Source of the DNA: the human T2T-CHM13v2.0 reference genome, Homo sapiens
Assembly: GCF_009914755.1 (NCBI RefSeq)
Contig: NC_060947.1
DNA length: 64,000 nt
Strand: one strand, 5' to 3'
This document shows positions 42,291 through 55,860 of this stretch, in pieces (the stretch's first letter is position 1; the number at the start of each line of letters is the position of its first letter). The notes below the pieces were generated by a model, which had not been told where the DNA came from, did not search any database, and was given only the letters and a program-made list of their open reading frames with translations. The position numbers and the translations under genes were made by a program.

Positions 42291-43029
42291 TAACAGATAT
42301 AATTTGTAAGTCACAGAATATTGTTTCTTGCAGTATTAGTAATCCCTTTCATCAGAATACAGGTCAAACTAACAGAAGAAGCCACTTATCTGACAATCGT
42401 GGGCTGCAGGCATTTCCTGGAGCATTTTGGCCTGGGAAATAGGGAGCAGGTATTTTTAGGAAACTAGACTGGTTCATGGAAAGCAATGGAGGTGAACACC
42501 AGGGTGACTCGTGACAGCTCCTACCTGGAAATGATTAACCCGCAAAAGCACAGTAGGAGTTGGCACATTCTCTTGCCCCAGATGGGAGTACCCACTCCCT
42601 AGCTCCAGTAGCAAAGCAGAGGCTGCCTAGGACAAACATTCCTTCCCGGGGGACAGAGCCAAAGGGTCCTAGGCCAGCAGACATCTGGAGGAAACTAAAA
42701 ACAGCTTCTTGCCAACTTTTCCCTCCCTAGTGGCAGCTATCAAGCCCAGGTAGCTCCTCTTGACCTAGCAAAGTCCCACGCCTGGGAAAGCTTGGATTTG
42801 GAACTGATAGCTGCAGTGGCCACAGTGGAGGGAGTGGGGGAAGGTTCTCACCATATTATACATCGCTCCCTCAATCCCAATCCTAGATGTAAAGGTCACT
42901 GGGATTTCAGGCCAGAGGGGACTGGGAAGAGTCCAGAGAAGTGCCCACAGATTTGCTCTGCCTCCGTTGCTGGCACCCCAGGCCAAGGACTACTGAAGCA
43001 CTAAACAAACAGTTATAAACTTCCTAAGC

Positions 43030-43125
43030 AGTGTTTCTCACCGAGGGCATCATGGCCCTTGTGGGTAAGACAATTCTTCATTGTACAGGACAGTCCCATG
43101 CATTGCAGAACATTTAGAATCTGGT
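43030..43125 (+). mobile_element. MER112-like hAT-Charlie fragment
   Basis: cagtgtttctca...gacaattcttcattgtacaggacagtccc. Confidence 0.55.
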
Positions 43126-43539
43126 AGCAAGGTAAGAGTAGAGCTGGATGAGTCCCAGGTCCAAGGTTCAGGAGAAGGATCCAAGCAGAGTAGTGGCCTC
43201 TTCACAGCTCCAAATGGCACCTTGGTGAAGGCATCTTCAACTAGATGCTCTACAACTAGCTTGATGGCTGTGCACTACCCCATGAGCCAACTGACTGGGT
43301 AATCTTGGTTGGGCCATCAGAAACATGTAAATTCACTCAGACAGGGCCTGGGACTTGAGAGGAGAAAAGCCAGAGAAGATACCCTCCCAGGGCTGCCCAT
43401 GGGCAGGCAGTGCTCTGCACAGCTCTTAGCCCCAAGCCCTGGCCAGCCTGTGGCAGAAGGTCCATGTGGAGAGTGAGGCCGACTTGACCCAGTGCCCGAG
43501 TACCAGTTTCCAGCATCAGCCAGGATGGATGTGGGATGC

Positions 43540-44070
43540 GTGACATTCATTCAGGGAAGTGTGAATATCCAATTTGAGCTACAATGTGGACTCCCCATAG
43601 CACAGAAGTGCTTGACCAGGAGTTCATTTACTTAAATGAGAAAAAAATTATAACTTTGTCTTCATTAACCTGTAATTGAAAGTTAGCTTTCCTTCCATTA
43701 TGAACACAGGCCACACATCACAGTGGCATTAGCCTGTGACTTTGTCTCGAACAGGAGCCACAGATGTTTTTATATCTCATTACTGCTGCTGCAGGTGCCT
43801 TAAATTACTGTCCCATTCACGACTACTTCAAAATCATGGCAGTCACTGGACCCGCCACTAGCTCATGTTACTTAATGTGTTAATAACGAAATGCATATTA
43901 CTATGTTGCAAATTTTAAGACATATATAGATAACTTTAAATGCAATTGACTTCCTTTGTAATCCTATGTATTTTATTTTGTGCTTGTAGAAACATTCCAA
44001 GTAGAGGCCCATAAGTTTCATTAGGCTCCTGATGGAGTCCAAGCCATTAAACTGTTAAGAAATCCTGGAT
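43540..44070 (+). mobile_element. Charlie4a/MER80-like DNA transposon
   Basis: cacagtggcattagcctgtgactttgtc...tttcctttgtaatcctatgtattttatttt; same family as 61308-61825. Confidence 0.7.
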
Positions 44071-44504
44071 TAGAGGGTTGTCAGGAAATCGGCCTCATTT
44101 GAGTCAACAAGGAAGGCCTTGAGTATGAAGATAAGGAGCATGGGCATGTGTTCTGCTCACATTGAGGGGATGCTAAAGGTTTCTGAGCAGGAGGTTGCCC
44201 AAGGTGACGCTGAGGTCTCCAGCCTGGGATTCATTAACAGAAATACAGAAGTCAGGAGGAAGAGTGGATTAGGATAGCAGGAGAGGTTCTATTTTAAGTA
44301 TATTAAATTTGAGACTAAAAAAGTGGGTATCCAGGTGAAGATGTCCACCAGGCTCTGAGAAATGCAAGTGGGCAGACTGGGAGAGTGGCTGTGGCAACAG
44401 GAAAGAGTTGAGGATCATCCTCTGAGATGATCTTGGGGCGTTTGGAGTGATTGTGCTCAACAAGGAAGAAAAGGCAGGGAGAGAAAAGAGGCCAAGGCAG
44501 GGAA

Positions 44505-44920
44505 TTGTCATAGGCTGGCATCTCCAAGAAACAGATTTGGAGATATTGATTTGCCTGCAAAAGGTTTGTTGGGAACTGCCTTCTAGAACAGCACCTGTGA
44601 GGGAGCAGGATCGGTCAGAGACAGGAGTTCACCTGCAGTGTGGGCACACTGGAGACCTCAGTTGATAACATGGGAAGCTCTGGAGCTGAGATGCTCTTCA
44701 GATGGCCCCAGTTGAGGCCAGGCAGCTGGGCCTTTCTTCCCCCACCTCCCACCCCACCCCATCTATTAACGAGATCTTGGATGCAGGCTGCCCCCCAGGA
44801 AAGGGGTTGTTACCTTGGAGAAGAGACTCAACCGTGAGCCATGGACCAACACCTCTGGTAGCTGGGGGACTGAGTGCCTTGGTCCTGAATGGGGGATCAA
44901 GCAGCTCAAGGTCTGGTGTT
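44505..44920 (-). mobile_element. LTR33-like ERVL solo LTR
   Basis: gggaagctctggagctgagatg...ttggatgcaggctgccccc...cctgaatgggggatc. Confidence 0.6.
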
Positions 44921-45537
44921 CTAGTCACTCAGGAAATGCAACTGGCTCCCTCCCACCCTGCAGGCCTCTGGGCAAGTCCCTCCCTGCAGCCCAAAGCCAG
45001 GTATAGGAGTCCCAGGGACAGGGAGTCAGGACCTAAAAGGAATTTGAGTCCTTGATGCCTGTAATTCAGAGTCCTCAGTCTTTCCCCCAACCTCTCTCAC
45101 TTGGGGCTAAGATAAGTGGGATGAGGTAGGCGGAAGTTGGAGGGAACCGTGCCGTTGTCATCTTCTGCACAGTTTGTTTATAAGAGGTTACCAAACTAAG
45201 CAAATCAGCCACCATGGAAACAGTCTCTGTGGCTTTCACATCCCTCCCTTCCTTCTGGGGTGACCTGCATCTCAAAGAGGGATGTCACCACAGTTGAGGT
45301 TACAGGTCTGCTCACAAGGCCTGTGAGCTACCCAGGAAATGCAATACTGTTATAGCCACCAGGTGAAAGAAGGTTGGGCTTCATTTTTAAAGAGAGAAAT
45401 ATAAAAACTTGACTTTCGATTTTGACGTTCATGTCCTTACGCCAAAAAATCAAACCAAATAGCAACTGAACTGACTACGTGTAATTTCCCCCAAACCTTT
45501 GAAATTTACAGTAGCTCTAGGAAACTTGAATCCATGA

Positions 45538-45829
45538 GGCCGGGCGCGGTGGCTCACGCCTGTAATCCCAGCACTTTGGGAGGCCGAGGCGGGCAGATCA
45601 TGAGGTCAGGAGATCGAGACCATCCTGGCTAGCACAGTGAAACCCCGTCTCTACTAAAAATACAAAACATTAGCCGGGCGAGGTGGCGGGTGCCTGTAGT
45701 CCCAGCTACTCAGGAGGCTGAGGCAGGAGAATGGCGTGAACCCCGGGGGGGCAGAGCCTGCAGTGAGCCGAGATCGCGCCACTGCACTCCAGCCTGGGCG
45801 ACAGCAAGACTCTGTCTAAAAAAAAAAAA
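45538..45829 (+). mobile_element. AluY
   Basis: gagatcgagaccatcctggcta, gagaatggcgtgaacc; TSD gaaacttgaat(c/t)cat. Confidence 0.97.
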
Positions 45830-45861
45830 GAAACTTGAATTCATTCATTCATTCCCTCATT

Positions 45862-45894
45862 ACACACACACACACACACACACATACACACACA
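45862..45894. repeat. (CA)n microsatellite
   Basis: Seen directly. Confidence 0.9.
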
Positions 45895-46024
45895 AAGGTT
45901 CTGAGTTTGCAAGATGATAGGCTGAAAGACCAAGTGTGGCCTGAAGTTCAGGTTTTTTTGTTCTGCATGGTTTAAAAAACGAATTTTCCACACTCAGAAG
46001 TGCAGCTTAAAAATAAATAAACAA

Positions 46025-46750
46025 ATACCATCTCATGCCAGTTAGAATGGCGATCATTAAAAAGTCAGGAAACAACAGATGCTGGGGAGGATGTGGAGAA
46101 ATAGGAATGCATTTACACTGTTGGTGGGAGTGTAAATTAGTTCAACCATTGTGGAAGACAGTGTGGCGATTCCTCAGGGATCTAGAACTAGAAATACCAT
46201 TTGACCCAGCCATCCCATTACTGGGTATATACCCAGAGGATTATAAATCATGCTACTATAAAGACACACACACAGATATGTTTATTGTGGCACTATTCAC
46301 AATAGCAGACTTGAAACCAACCCAAATATCCATCAATGATAGACTGGATTAAGAAAATGTGGCACATACACACTATGGAATACTGTGCAGCCATAAAAAC
46401 AAATGAGTTCATGTCCTTTGCAGGGACATGGATGAGGCTGGAAATCATCATTCTCAGCAAACTATCACAAGGACAGAAAACCAAACACTGCATGTTCTCA
46501 CACATAGGTGGGAGTTGAACAACGAGAACACATGGACACAGGAAGGGGGAACATCACACACCGGGGCTTGTCGGGGGGTGGGGGCTGGGGGAGGGATAGC
46601 ATTAGGAGAAATACCTAATGTAAATGACGAGTTGATGGGTGCAGCAAACCAACATGGCACATGTGTACCTATGTAACAAACCTGCACATTGCACACATGT
46701 ACCCTAGAACTCAGAGTATAATAAAAAATAAATAAATAAAATTTTTTAAA
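46025..46750 (+). mobile_element. 5'-truncated L1PA (about L1PA6-7): ORF2 C-terminus remnant plus 3' UTR
   Basis: ORF 46035-46352 gives the ORF2p Cys-rich motif [27 protein letters not shown]; G-rich 3' UTR; A-rich tail. Confidence 0.95.
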
Positions 46751-46751
46751 A

Positions 46752-46886
46752 GGCCGGGCGCGGTGGCTCATGCCTGTAATCCTAGCACTTTGGGAGGCCG
46801 AGGTGGGTGGATCACGAGGTCAGGAGATGGAGACCATCCTGGCTAACACGGTGAAACCCCGTCTCTACTAAAAATACAAAAAAATT
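46752..46886 (+). mobile_element. AluY left monomer only, in the L1 tail
   Basis: ggccgggcgcggtggctca...accatcctggctaacacggtg...aaaaatacaaaaaaatta then (AAAT)n; no right arm. Confidence 0.9.
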
Positions 46887-47359
46887 AAATAAATAAATAA
46901 ATAAATAAACAATAAATAAATAATGTAAGTTAGTTCCCAATGCACTTTCTTAAAAAATCTTAAGATCTGGTCCCAATGGATGAATCAGCTAATACTAAGG
47001 GGTTTGGCCCCCTTGTGGGTAGGCAGGGAGTTCCACGGTTCACGGCAGGGCCCATTTAGCCTGCTTCTCTCTTTGGTGTTACCTGCCTGGGCCCTGCCAG
47101 TGTTTGTGCTCATGAGCCCTTGATTTGGCTAAGCTGGGTGCTGAGGTTACACAATGATAGATGATGTCATTGCTCTGCTCTGCTGTCTCCTCTGCCCTCA
47201 GGGCTCACCATCTCGTGGGGAGGACGACTCATGTGCACCAACAGACAGAAGACAGAGTCCCGGGGGGGTGTTGGAGGAAGGAACAACCCATGAGGAAAAG
47301 CGAAGTTGGGACAATGTCATAGAGACTCTAGGAGCAAGGGTAGACTTCTACTAGGTGGA

Positions 47360-47775
47360 AAAGAGGGCAGGGGTGGGAGAACGGCATTCTAGAGCAAAGG
47401 AACAATTCAGCTGATGAATGGTGCTCCTAAAGGAAGTGGCGCATGTGAAGCGGAGAAGAGGCAGGGGCCAGAATGGGAAGACCCTGTCAGCCAGCCTGAG
47501 GAACTGGCATTTTATCCTGATGGTTTTGAGGCAGAGGGAAGAGCTGATATGACTTGTGTGTGTCTAGAAGATGACTCTCTTGGCCCCGTGGAGGCTGGAT
47601 CGTAAGAGAGCAAGATCTGAGGGAGGAAGAGCAGCAGGTAGGAGGTTCTTGTAATTGTTTAGGTGAGAAGTAACAGGGCTTTGATTTGGAGAGGTGCCAG
47701 TGAGTGGGAGAAGGAACAGATTTGAGAGGGAGTTAGGAGGTCAGATTGACAGGTCTTGGTGATTCCTCAAGGTGG
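47360..47775 (-). mobile_element. L2 LINE fragment
   Basis: ggcattctagagcaaaggaaca...ggaggtcagattgacaggtcttggtgatt. Confidence 0.65.
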
Positions 47776-47939
47776 AAAGTAAAAACCGGGACCCAGTGGC
47801 ACAGTGGTGTGCAGTGTTATCCTAGCCATGGCAGTAGCTGCCCTTTGTTAAGGGTTCTGGAGCATTTGCAGTACTTGCCCTTACATTAACTCACCCCAGC
47901 CTCAAAGTCAAAGACACCAAACTTCTGCCTGTCCACAGG

Positions 47940-48160
47940 CTTCGTGCAGCACTTCCTAGGTGCCAGGCTGAAGTGTTGCCTTCACATTCACTCACTGCGT
48001 CATCACAACTTCCCTAGGAAGTAGTTACTATTCTTACGTCATTTTACAGATGAGGAAACAGAGGCCCATAGAGGCAACGTGAATCTCCCAGGGTCACACA
48101 GCTGATAAGCGACAGAGCCAGGATTTGAACCCACATCGTCTGCTCCAGAGCCTTCGCTCT
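47940..48160 (-). mobile_element. MIR SINE
   Basis: attttacagatgaggaaacagaggc...cagagccaggatttgaaccca. Confidence 0.85.
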
Positions 48161-48459
48161 GCTGCCTGGGGGCGGGACCAGAAGAGTGGTCACTGAGCAC
48201 AGAGACCTTCTGCACACAGAGCAGCCTGAGCAAACTGCAGCAGGCTAGTAGTGTGTGCATCCCACACATTTCTCCAGTGAGCATCTAGACGTGAAATCCC
48301 GAGGCCTTGGATGGGCTTTCTAGTTCCAGAAATTTGAGGACATGCGGGTCCGGCAGGGAAGAAGGAAACGCTGAGCCCAGGTTGCCGGCACTGTAGGCAG
48401 TGAAGGAGAGCAGTCAGGTCACACCACACAGTTCCCTTCCCCGCCCCAGACCATAGACC

Positions 48460-48830
48460 CTCCAACAGCTTTCAGGTATGTCGAGCATCAAACCCCAATT
48501 CCTGACCGCAGCCCATAAGACTCTGAAGTAATATGGCCCCTGACCACCTCTGTGACATCTTTTCTTGCCATGCTCCCCTCATACATCGCACATACACTGG
48601 CTCCTTTCAGTCATCCTTTTCCACCCCAGGGCCTTTGCATTTGCTGTTTCCCCTGCCAAGTGTGCTCTTTTTCTCTTTGTGCGGCTGGTTCCTTCTTATC
48701 ATTCAGATCTCCTCTGCTTTAGTGTGAACTCCGTGAGGGCATGGACTGTGTCTGTCCTGTTCACTGTTGTATTCCCCAAGCTTATGGGCCCAGTACACAG
48801 AAAGGGCTAAGTATTTGTTGAATGAATGAG
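48460..48830 (+). mobile_element. L2 LINE 3' fragment
   Basis: cagggcctttgcatttgctgtttccc...tatttgttgaatgaatga. Confidence 0.8.
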
Positions 48831-49376
<546 letters not shown>

Positions 49377-49741
49377 CAGGCAGGGTCTTCATTGAGAAAG
49401 GCTGGGGCTCTGTCCTTCCGTGTGCTGCTTTATATGGCTAACTTAAACTTCCCCAGAAAGGAATTGAAGCAATTCTGGTGGCCTCTCAGCTGGGGTTGTT
49501 AAACACCCTGGTTGTTCCACCTTTTCATTCTTATTTATTAAAAACTCCACAGAGTTAGAGAAGTTCTTCAGAAAGCAAAGCAGAGTTCTCTGCTCAATGA
49601 GAAAGTCACCCCATTCCAGTAGGAGATGCAGCCAAAACCCACAGGACGGGGCATCACCCCAAGGATGCCGGGAACAGAGGGGTGAAGTGCTTTTCTCTGG
49701 TCCCATATTTTCTCCACCAGCTTCTTAGTTGCCTAGATCCT

Positions 49742-49922
49742 TGCTGCTCAAAGTGAGGTATGAAGACCAGCAGCAGCAGCAGCATCACCTACGAGAGTGT
49801 TAAGAAATACAGAATCTCAGCACACACACCCCCGCTCCACCTACTGCGACAGAACCCGCGTTTTAACAACATCCCCAGGGGATTTGGTGATTCATGTGCA
49901 AAAAAAGTTTGAGAAGCACTGG
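49742..49922. mobile_element. MER5A1-like hAT-Charlie MITE
   Basis: tgctgctcaaagtg...gaaatacagaatctcag...aaagtttgagaagcactg. Confidence 0.8.
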
Positions 49923-50560
49923 CCTAGAAGACAGCCTCTGAGAATGACCTCCTCATCACCAGACTGGGAGCTCCCTAAGGACAGGGACTGTATCTCGTTG
50001 TGTCCTCAAGGTCCCCTGCACAGTACCAGCCACCTAGTAGGTACTCAGTCGTGTTTCTTGAATGAGTAAATTTATGAAGGAATCTAGTCACATACAGCCA
50101 GCTTAGGCACAGATAGAATCATTTACTATGCATGTTTGCAACCCTTTCCCCTGCCGTGACCCCCTCCAGCAAGCTTTCCAACAAAGAAACCCAACCCCAG
50201 CCCCGGGACACTCCTTCTAGCCTGTGGTCTCAAGAGGGAGGCCCAGCAACAGGGAGTTGGTTTCTGTAGGCCCTAGACTTTGGACAGGACGCTGAACGGC
50301 TTGTCCCCTCCTTGTTTCTTCCATCCTCCCACCTAAAAAAAAAAAAAAAAAAAAACCCAAAGAGGAACTTCTAAGGTGCCCACACTGTTTATTGCTCTCT
50401 TTACTGAGGCCATGGCCTCCTCAGCACACACGGCCACCACAGTCCCTTTCCCACATCTCAAATGGCCCCCTGGAAATTCGAGTTCCTCCCAAAGTGCAGA
50501 AGGTGCTGTCAGGTGCTGGCTACCAAGCCCTTGCTGCATGTGGAACCAAAATAAACCCCT

Positions 50561-50635
50561 GTTGATATGGAAACGGGTTGAATTATTTTAAGAAAAAAAA
50601 ATTGCTCCTTCATTAAATCGCGTTGTTATGGCAAC
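50561..50635. promoter_or_regulatory. Paired RFX X-box-like sites
   Basis: GTTGATATGGAAAC (50561-50574) and GTTGTTATGGCAAC (50622-50635) in unique sequence. Confidence 0.55.
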
Positions 50636-51355
50636 CGGAATTAGGAAAGTAACTTGGCCATGGAGGTTATGTGCAATGTTTTGGGACTGAGAATTTTCAG
50701 AATAGTGGAAAACAGTTTGTGAGTGCATCTCCCTGCCCCGGACTCTGCCTGGAAGAGGAGGATGAAGGCCAGTTGAGCATCTGGCCGGCCACCCTACCTG
50801 GGTGGACTTGTGCAGGGTGGCTGGGGGCTGCTCTCAGGGGCCGAGCCTGCAGTGATGCAGGCTGAGGCCATAAAGGTTTATGTGGGAAAGACAGCTAACT
50901 GGGCGGAGGATGTCCGGACCAGAGGTCCACCACTGTCTGGGTGTGCAAGTAGTCCTCCACTCTGCTGCAAAAAGAGTGTCCCAAATTCCTGGAATTAAAG
51001 AGAGGTGGGAGGCTCAAATAATAATAATAGCTACTCTTTATTGCGTCTTTACTGTGAGCCAGGCACTGCACTAAGAAGTACTGGACACACTCATAGCAAC
51101 CCAGTGAGACATTATTATTATCTCAGTTTTGCAAATATAGACTGAGTCTTAGCTCAGTGAAGAGACTTGTCCAAAGTCCCACAGTAAGTAAGTATAAGGT
51201 AAATTAAAGAATTGCAGCCATAGCAGCAGCAGCAGTAGCAGTTCTGTAGTAGCATTTTAGCAGCAGGGAGGGGCTACACAACCCCTTGACATACTCACAC
51301 TCAGTCCTCCTCAGAAGCAGGAGTGGATACTTGCAAAGACAGTAGGTTGAAGTGA

Positions 51356-51920
51356 GATTCACTCATTTATTCATTCAACATGCATTTAATGACCACTTGC
51401 CATGCGCCAAGCACTGTGTATATGCTGGTGACCAAGACAGACAAGATCCTTGACCTCAGGGAGCTTACAGTCCAGGATAAGGCAAACAGACAGTCATCAA
51501 TGAAACCACTTACCAAGAAAAGCTTCAAGTAGTGGTAAGTGCTATGAAGAAAAGTAAGCAGAGTGATGTGGCTAGGGTGACTAGGATCAGGACACCATAG
51601 CAAGATCAGGGGTCTATCTGAAGAGGTGATATTTGAGCAGAGACCCAAATGAAGGAAGGAAGCAAGCCATGTGAAAATCAGGGAAAAGAGTGTTACAGGC
51701 AGAGAGAACAGCCAGTTCAAAGGTCTTGAAGTAGGAATGGACCTGGCATGTTTGAGGAGCAGCAAAAAGGCCCCTGTGATAAGAAAAGAGCCAGCAAGCA
51801 GGGAGAGGCAGAGGCCGGATCATTCAGGCCTTATAGATCATGGTAAGGACTTTGCATTTTAGTCCTGTGTGATGAGAAGCAATGGGAAGATGTGCTGGGG
51901 AGCAACGGGATGTGATTTAC
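51356..51920 (-). mobile_element. L2a LINE 3' end
   Basis: ttcattcaacatgcatttaatg...gaggtgatatttgagcagagacc...gtaaggactttgcatttt; resumes near 52830. Confidence 0.9.
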
Positions 51921-52826
<906 letters not shown>

Positions 52827-52986
52827 CCTGAGTGACTTTTGAGGATGATTCCTCTGGTTGCTGTGTGGGAAACAGATGGGAGGTGGGGTTGCTCAGTAGC
52901 TGGCAAGAGGAGGGGTGCCACCTGCCGTGAGGGGTGCTCTGTACACAGCTTGCCGACTCCCCTGTGGACCAAATGCTGAACCCTGC

Positions 52987-53261
52987 TGTTGTGCTAGACC
53001 CCTATTGACTTCAGTAGGGATGGCACCAGGTTCAAGAGGCCAAAGAGGAGACCCATAGCCAGCAAACGAGACATAGGGTTTTATTAGAGGGAACTTACTT
53101 ACAGAGATGATCCAGTGGGAGCAGGCTGGACAGGAGAACCACAACGTCTTGCAAAAAGCATGCAGTTTATATGGCACCTTCACTTAGCACCCTCCCCCAG
53201 CAACCGCTATGTGACAAACCTCATTTCTTAAGTTATTGCTGTCAGGTGCGCCTACCATACA
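52987..53261 (-). mobile_element. LTR47-like solo LTR (short, probably internally deleted)
   Basis: TG...CA termini, 5-bp TSD cctgc (52982-52986, 53262-53266); minus-strand TATA-like (catataaa) and AATAAA. Confidence 0.75.
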
Positions 53262-53649
53262 CCTGCAAAGTGGCCTGGACCCAGGCACAGACATCAACAG
53301 GCTGGTTTCGTTTTCCTACATTTCTCTTATGCCAGTCCCATTTTCTGCTCCTCTCCTGGTTTGAACCTGATTGGGCAATTCAGACATTTGGAAAGAGGCT
53401 CAGAGCCAGGTCAGAAGGTGATCTGGATGGTCTCTTGGTGCCTGGGGAGGAGCCCCCGTCTGGCTCAGTGTGGGGCCTGAGAAGAGGTCCTTCCTCTTTC
53501 TGACCCTCAGTTTCCACATCTCTTCTGTATGAGGGGCTGGACTAGGGCCTCTGACTGCCCACAGGCTTCTGAGTCTTCATTTTCCCATTCTCATAGGGAG
53601 GCTGAACATGGCTGGCAGAAAATAGTTATTGTGGTAACGAGAGAGAGTT

Positions 53650-53865
53650 GAAGTAAACCACAAAACAATGTTTACAGTATGATTCCATCTTTGTTTGGCA
53701 TAGGAAAATTTCTGGAAAGATATACCCAAGGTATCAGCCGTGGTTGCCTCTGGTGTGTAGGATTATGAATGTTCTTTCCCTCTTTCTGTTTGTTTGTACG
53801 TTCTGATTTTTAACTATGTTAAGCATGTTTCGCTTTTGTAATAAGAACAAAAAAGAAAAGCATAA
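53650..53865 (+). mobile_element. Old L1ME 3' end fragment
   Basis: tacagtatgattccat...ctggaaagatatacc...gtggttgcctctgg. Confidence 0.65.
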
Positions 53866-54039
53866 CAGAAAAGCATGACAATTTTTAAAAGAGAGAATTG
53901 CCTAGAAGCCATTAGGAAACAAAGGGAGTGGGAAAGGTAGCAGCGGCCTCCTCTCTGGAGCAGGCCTCTGAGCCATGCCCGAGCCCACGAGAGAGCATAT
54001 GTCAATGCGCCTCTCACACTGCAAAGGGCCCTTCCTGCC

Positions 54040-54410
54040 AGAGGAGTTTGGAGGCCCCAGGAAGCCGACCCTGAGGCAGAGATTAGTGTGCAGGAAGTTT
54101 GTTAGGGGGCCCTTGGGATCAACAACTGTGGAAAGTGGGTGAGGAAGCAGGATTATGCAGAGGGAGTAACGTAAACTGCAACAAAGGTCACAGTCAATCC
54201 AAAGGGGAAGCTCTGGAGGTGAGAAAGCCCCACAGAGCTGCCCTGAGTTGAGGTGAGGGAGCCACCCTGGCAAGATGTGACATTGGACAAAGTAATCCCC
54301 AAAGAGGGCTAACAACAAAATGCCTTCTGGCAGCTCAGCCAACATTTAAGAGAATAAGTTGTTTATCCCTGAGGTGGAACCTTGGCGGCACATCACAGTG
54401 TCCACTATAA
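54040..54410 (-). mobile_element. LTR33-like ERVL solo LTR
   Basis: gaccctgaggcagagattagtgtgcaggaagttt...cttgggatcaaca...catcacagtgtccactata. Confidence 0.7.
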
Positions 54411-55080
54411 GAGGACTGTTTGGCAGAGGTGACCTCCATAAAGGCAAGCCAATAGGCAGATATGAGGGGAATTTGGGAAGAGGAAGAACTCATCTTTGAA
54501 CTCAGAAGCCTGGCTTCATCTTCCACTCCGAGCTGTGATCTCCATTCCTGATTTGTCTCCTCAGGCAGTGACCTTTGAAGCAGCGATAGGCCAATTTATG
54601 ATTCTTTAATTGCCCTGGAATGCAGACAGGGTGGAATTATTATTGGCCTCATTTTGTTAATATAGAAAGCTAAGTTCAGAGGGAACACACAGCGAGGTCG
54701 TGATGAGGCAGAGTCTCAAAGCCAGGTCTGTCCAACTCCATGTCCCAACTTCTTTCCCTGTTAACACAGCTGCCCAAATTTTCAAGCAATTTGGGTTGTG
54801 GTCAGATGGACAAATCCGTTCCTCCTCGTTAACACTGAACCAGTTTGTTCTCCATGTCCGGCAATCAATTTTCAGATGAGCTGGTCCCAATCCTGCAGAT
54901 TACAAAGTCAAATTTGACTCAGTTGATGCAACCTAAAGGGCCCCTTACTGTCCTGAAAAGCTGCTGTCTTTGGAGGAAGGTAGAGCTGCCTCCCACCAAG
55001 AACAATCCTGAACCTCCCGAAGTTTGGTGGGGGCGGGGGGGGGGGGGTGCGGGGGGCGTGAGAGGCTGCAGGGAGACTGA

Positions 55081-55210
55081 CTGAGTTAATCCTGAGTTAA
55101 TCTTATTAACCTATGAGATCAATTGGCTACAGGCGCCAGGCAAGTGACAGCACAGGCATTAATTCAGCAGCGGCCAGGGCAGCCTGACAGCCAGGAACTG
55201 ATTTATCAGG
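55081..55210. promoter_or_regulatory. Candidate homeodomain-bound enhancer
   Basis: TAATCC/TAATCT in an 11-bp direct repeat, ATTGG 55122, TGACAG 55145 and 55185, TGATTTAT 55199. Confidence 0.45.
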
Positions 55211-55441
55211 GCTTTTAATGGATGGGATTGCATTTAGCTAATTGAGTCTGGGGCTGGCACGGATAAGACAACCCCCTTGTGATATGCAACTGCTCAGTGG
55301 ATGTCCTGCCATTGTGGGGGGAAGGGTGACAGAAGGAAATAAGAAAGCACATGACAAGGAATGCTCCCTTCCTGGCCACTGTAAGGGCTGGTGTTGGGTT
55401 CCAGGTATCTCTAACATGTGAGCCACTAGTGTAGTGTAGGG

Positions 55442-55635
55442 CAGTGATTCTCAAAATATGATCTTTGCACCAGCAGTATCCCTTGGGAACTTGTTAGAAA
55501 TGTAAATTCCTGGGCCTTCCCCAGGACATTCAAACTCCTAGACAGTTTGAATGTCTAGGAGTGGGGCCCAGCAATTCGTGTTTTATCAGGCTGTCCAAAG
55601 AATTCTGATGCACACACTCAAGCTTGAGACCCCCT
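55442..55635. mobile_element. MER5A
   Basis: cagtgattctcaaa...gggaacttgttagaaatgtaaattcc...attctgatgcacac...agcttgaga. Confidence 0.85.
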
Positions 55636-55639
55636 AGAG

Positions 55640-55860
55640 GAGTTATGAGTGCAAACTCTAGTACCAGGCAGCCTGGGTTATAGTAACTGTGATGTCGGAC
55701 AAGCCATCTAACCTCTCAGTGTCTCAATTTCTTCATCTGTAAAATGAGGGAAATAATAGTACCTGCTTCATAGGGCTGTCATGAAGATTAAATTTGTCAA
55801 GTGCCTAGAGCAATGCCTGTAGTAAGGGCTATATATATATAAATGTTAACAACTGTTATC
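55640..55860 (+). mobile_element. MIR SINE
   Basis: ctcaatttcttcatctgtaaaatgagggaaataatagtacctgcttcataggg. Confidence 0.85.

Noticed and set aside
42721-42737. CTCF-like site (reverse CCACTAGGGAGG), and a similar one at ~8487-8499
   Set aside because: Mismatches in the GGC core; unsupported without ChIP data
46035-46352. 105-aa ORF with a Cys-rich motif
   Set aside because: Frameshifted L1 ORF2p C-terminal remnant, not a host gene
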